Of a DNA stretch of 48,602 nucleotides, positions 47,995 through 48,602 are shown one piece after another. The translations under genes and the position numbers were made by a program. The notes under the pieces are model-generated. The model saw only the letters and a list, made by a program, of their open reading frames with translations. It was not told the origin of the DNA and did no database searches. The DNA lies in NCBI RefSeq assembly GCF_001194135.2, contig NC_068984.1, forward strand, positions 130,801,558 to 130,850,159, read 5' to 3'. The stretch is from Octopus bimaculoides. Its lineage: Eukaryota. Position 1 is the stretch's first letter, and the number at the start of each line of letters is the position of its first letter.

Positions 47995-48282
47995 CATACA
48001 GCTGTTTCTGTTATGTTTGTATCCGTACATAGTTGTTTATGTACACATTGAACTCACTTTGTATATATGGAGTTTATTGTAGAAGAAACCTGGCAAAGGT
48101 GCCATGAAGTGGGACTGAACGCTAAACCATGTTGTTATGAATGAGGCACTTAAATAATAGGCACCAGGTAGGGTCGAGATTTAAACTTGTAAATAACACC
48201 TTTAGTCGAATGAATACCGAAATATATCCAGCGAAGAATTCAAGTTATGTTCACACAAAATTTGTCATTTATTTGTATATAC

Positions 48283-48553
48283 TCTTTTACTTTTTTACTT
48301 GTTTCAGTCTTTTGACTGTGGCCATGCTGGGGGTGGGGGACAAACACAGACATACAAACATATACACACATACATATATATATATATACATATATACGAC
48401 AGGCTTCTTTCAGTTTCCGTCTACCAAATCCACTCACAAGGCATTGGTCGGCCCGAGGCTATAGTAGAAGACACTTGCCCAAGATGCCACGCAGTGGGAC
48501 TGAACCCGGGACCATGTGGTTGGTAAGCAAGCTACTTACCACACAGCCACTCC
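48283..48553 (-). mobile_element. SINE family A with internal deletion
   Basis: Intact head GAGTGGCTGTGTGGTAAG; the 3' half is shortened. Confidence 0.9.
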
Positions 48554-48602
48554 TACGCCTATGTATATTATAATATAAATATAGGGAGAATTCACGAAAA
48601 AA

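Overview
This is eukaryotic, repeat-rich, gapped genomic DNA. The SINE, LINE and microsatellite content looks like an octopus or other coleoid cephalopod; that assignment is pattern recognition, not a database result. About 15 N-gaps are present, and the long X-containing ORFs in the track are gap artefacts. One protein-coding gene is well supported. It lies on the minus strand as six phase-compatible GT-AG exons (14203-14128, 12941-12803, 11016-10863, 10181-9973, 5110-4962, 3244-3100). Together they encode about 290 aa of a Cys-rich zincin metallopeptidase with HELGH and Y-x6-E-Y-W-A-E motifs, the arrangement of anthrax lethal factor and Pro-Pro endopeptidase catalytic domains. Its first coding exon was not securely found. 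Other notable elements: an intact-looking type I hammerhead ribozyme with a palindromic stem III (2068-2149); a 147-bp MITE with 23-bp TIRs, an 8-bp TSD and internal (CCCTAA)n (33903-34049); and an inverted duplication of a SINE/Penelope GIY-YIG chimera (22892-23629). The remainder is tRNA-derived SINEs, decayed Penelope, R4/Dong, RTE and CR1-like LINEs, hAT, pogo and Tc1-mariner relics, and microsatellites. No rRNA, true tRNA gene or CRISPR array was seen.
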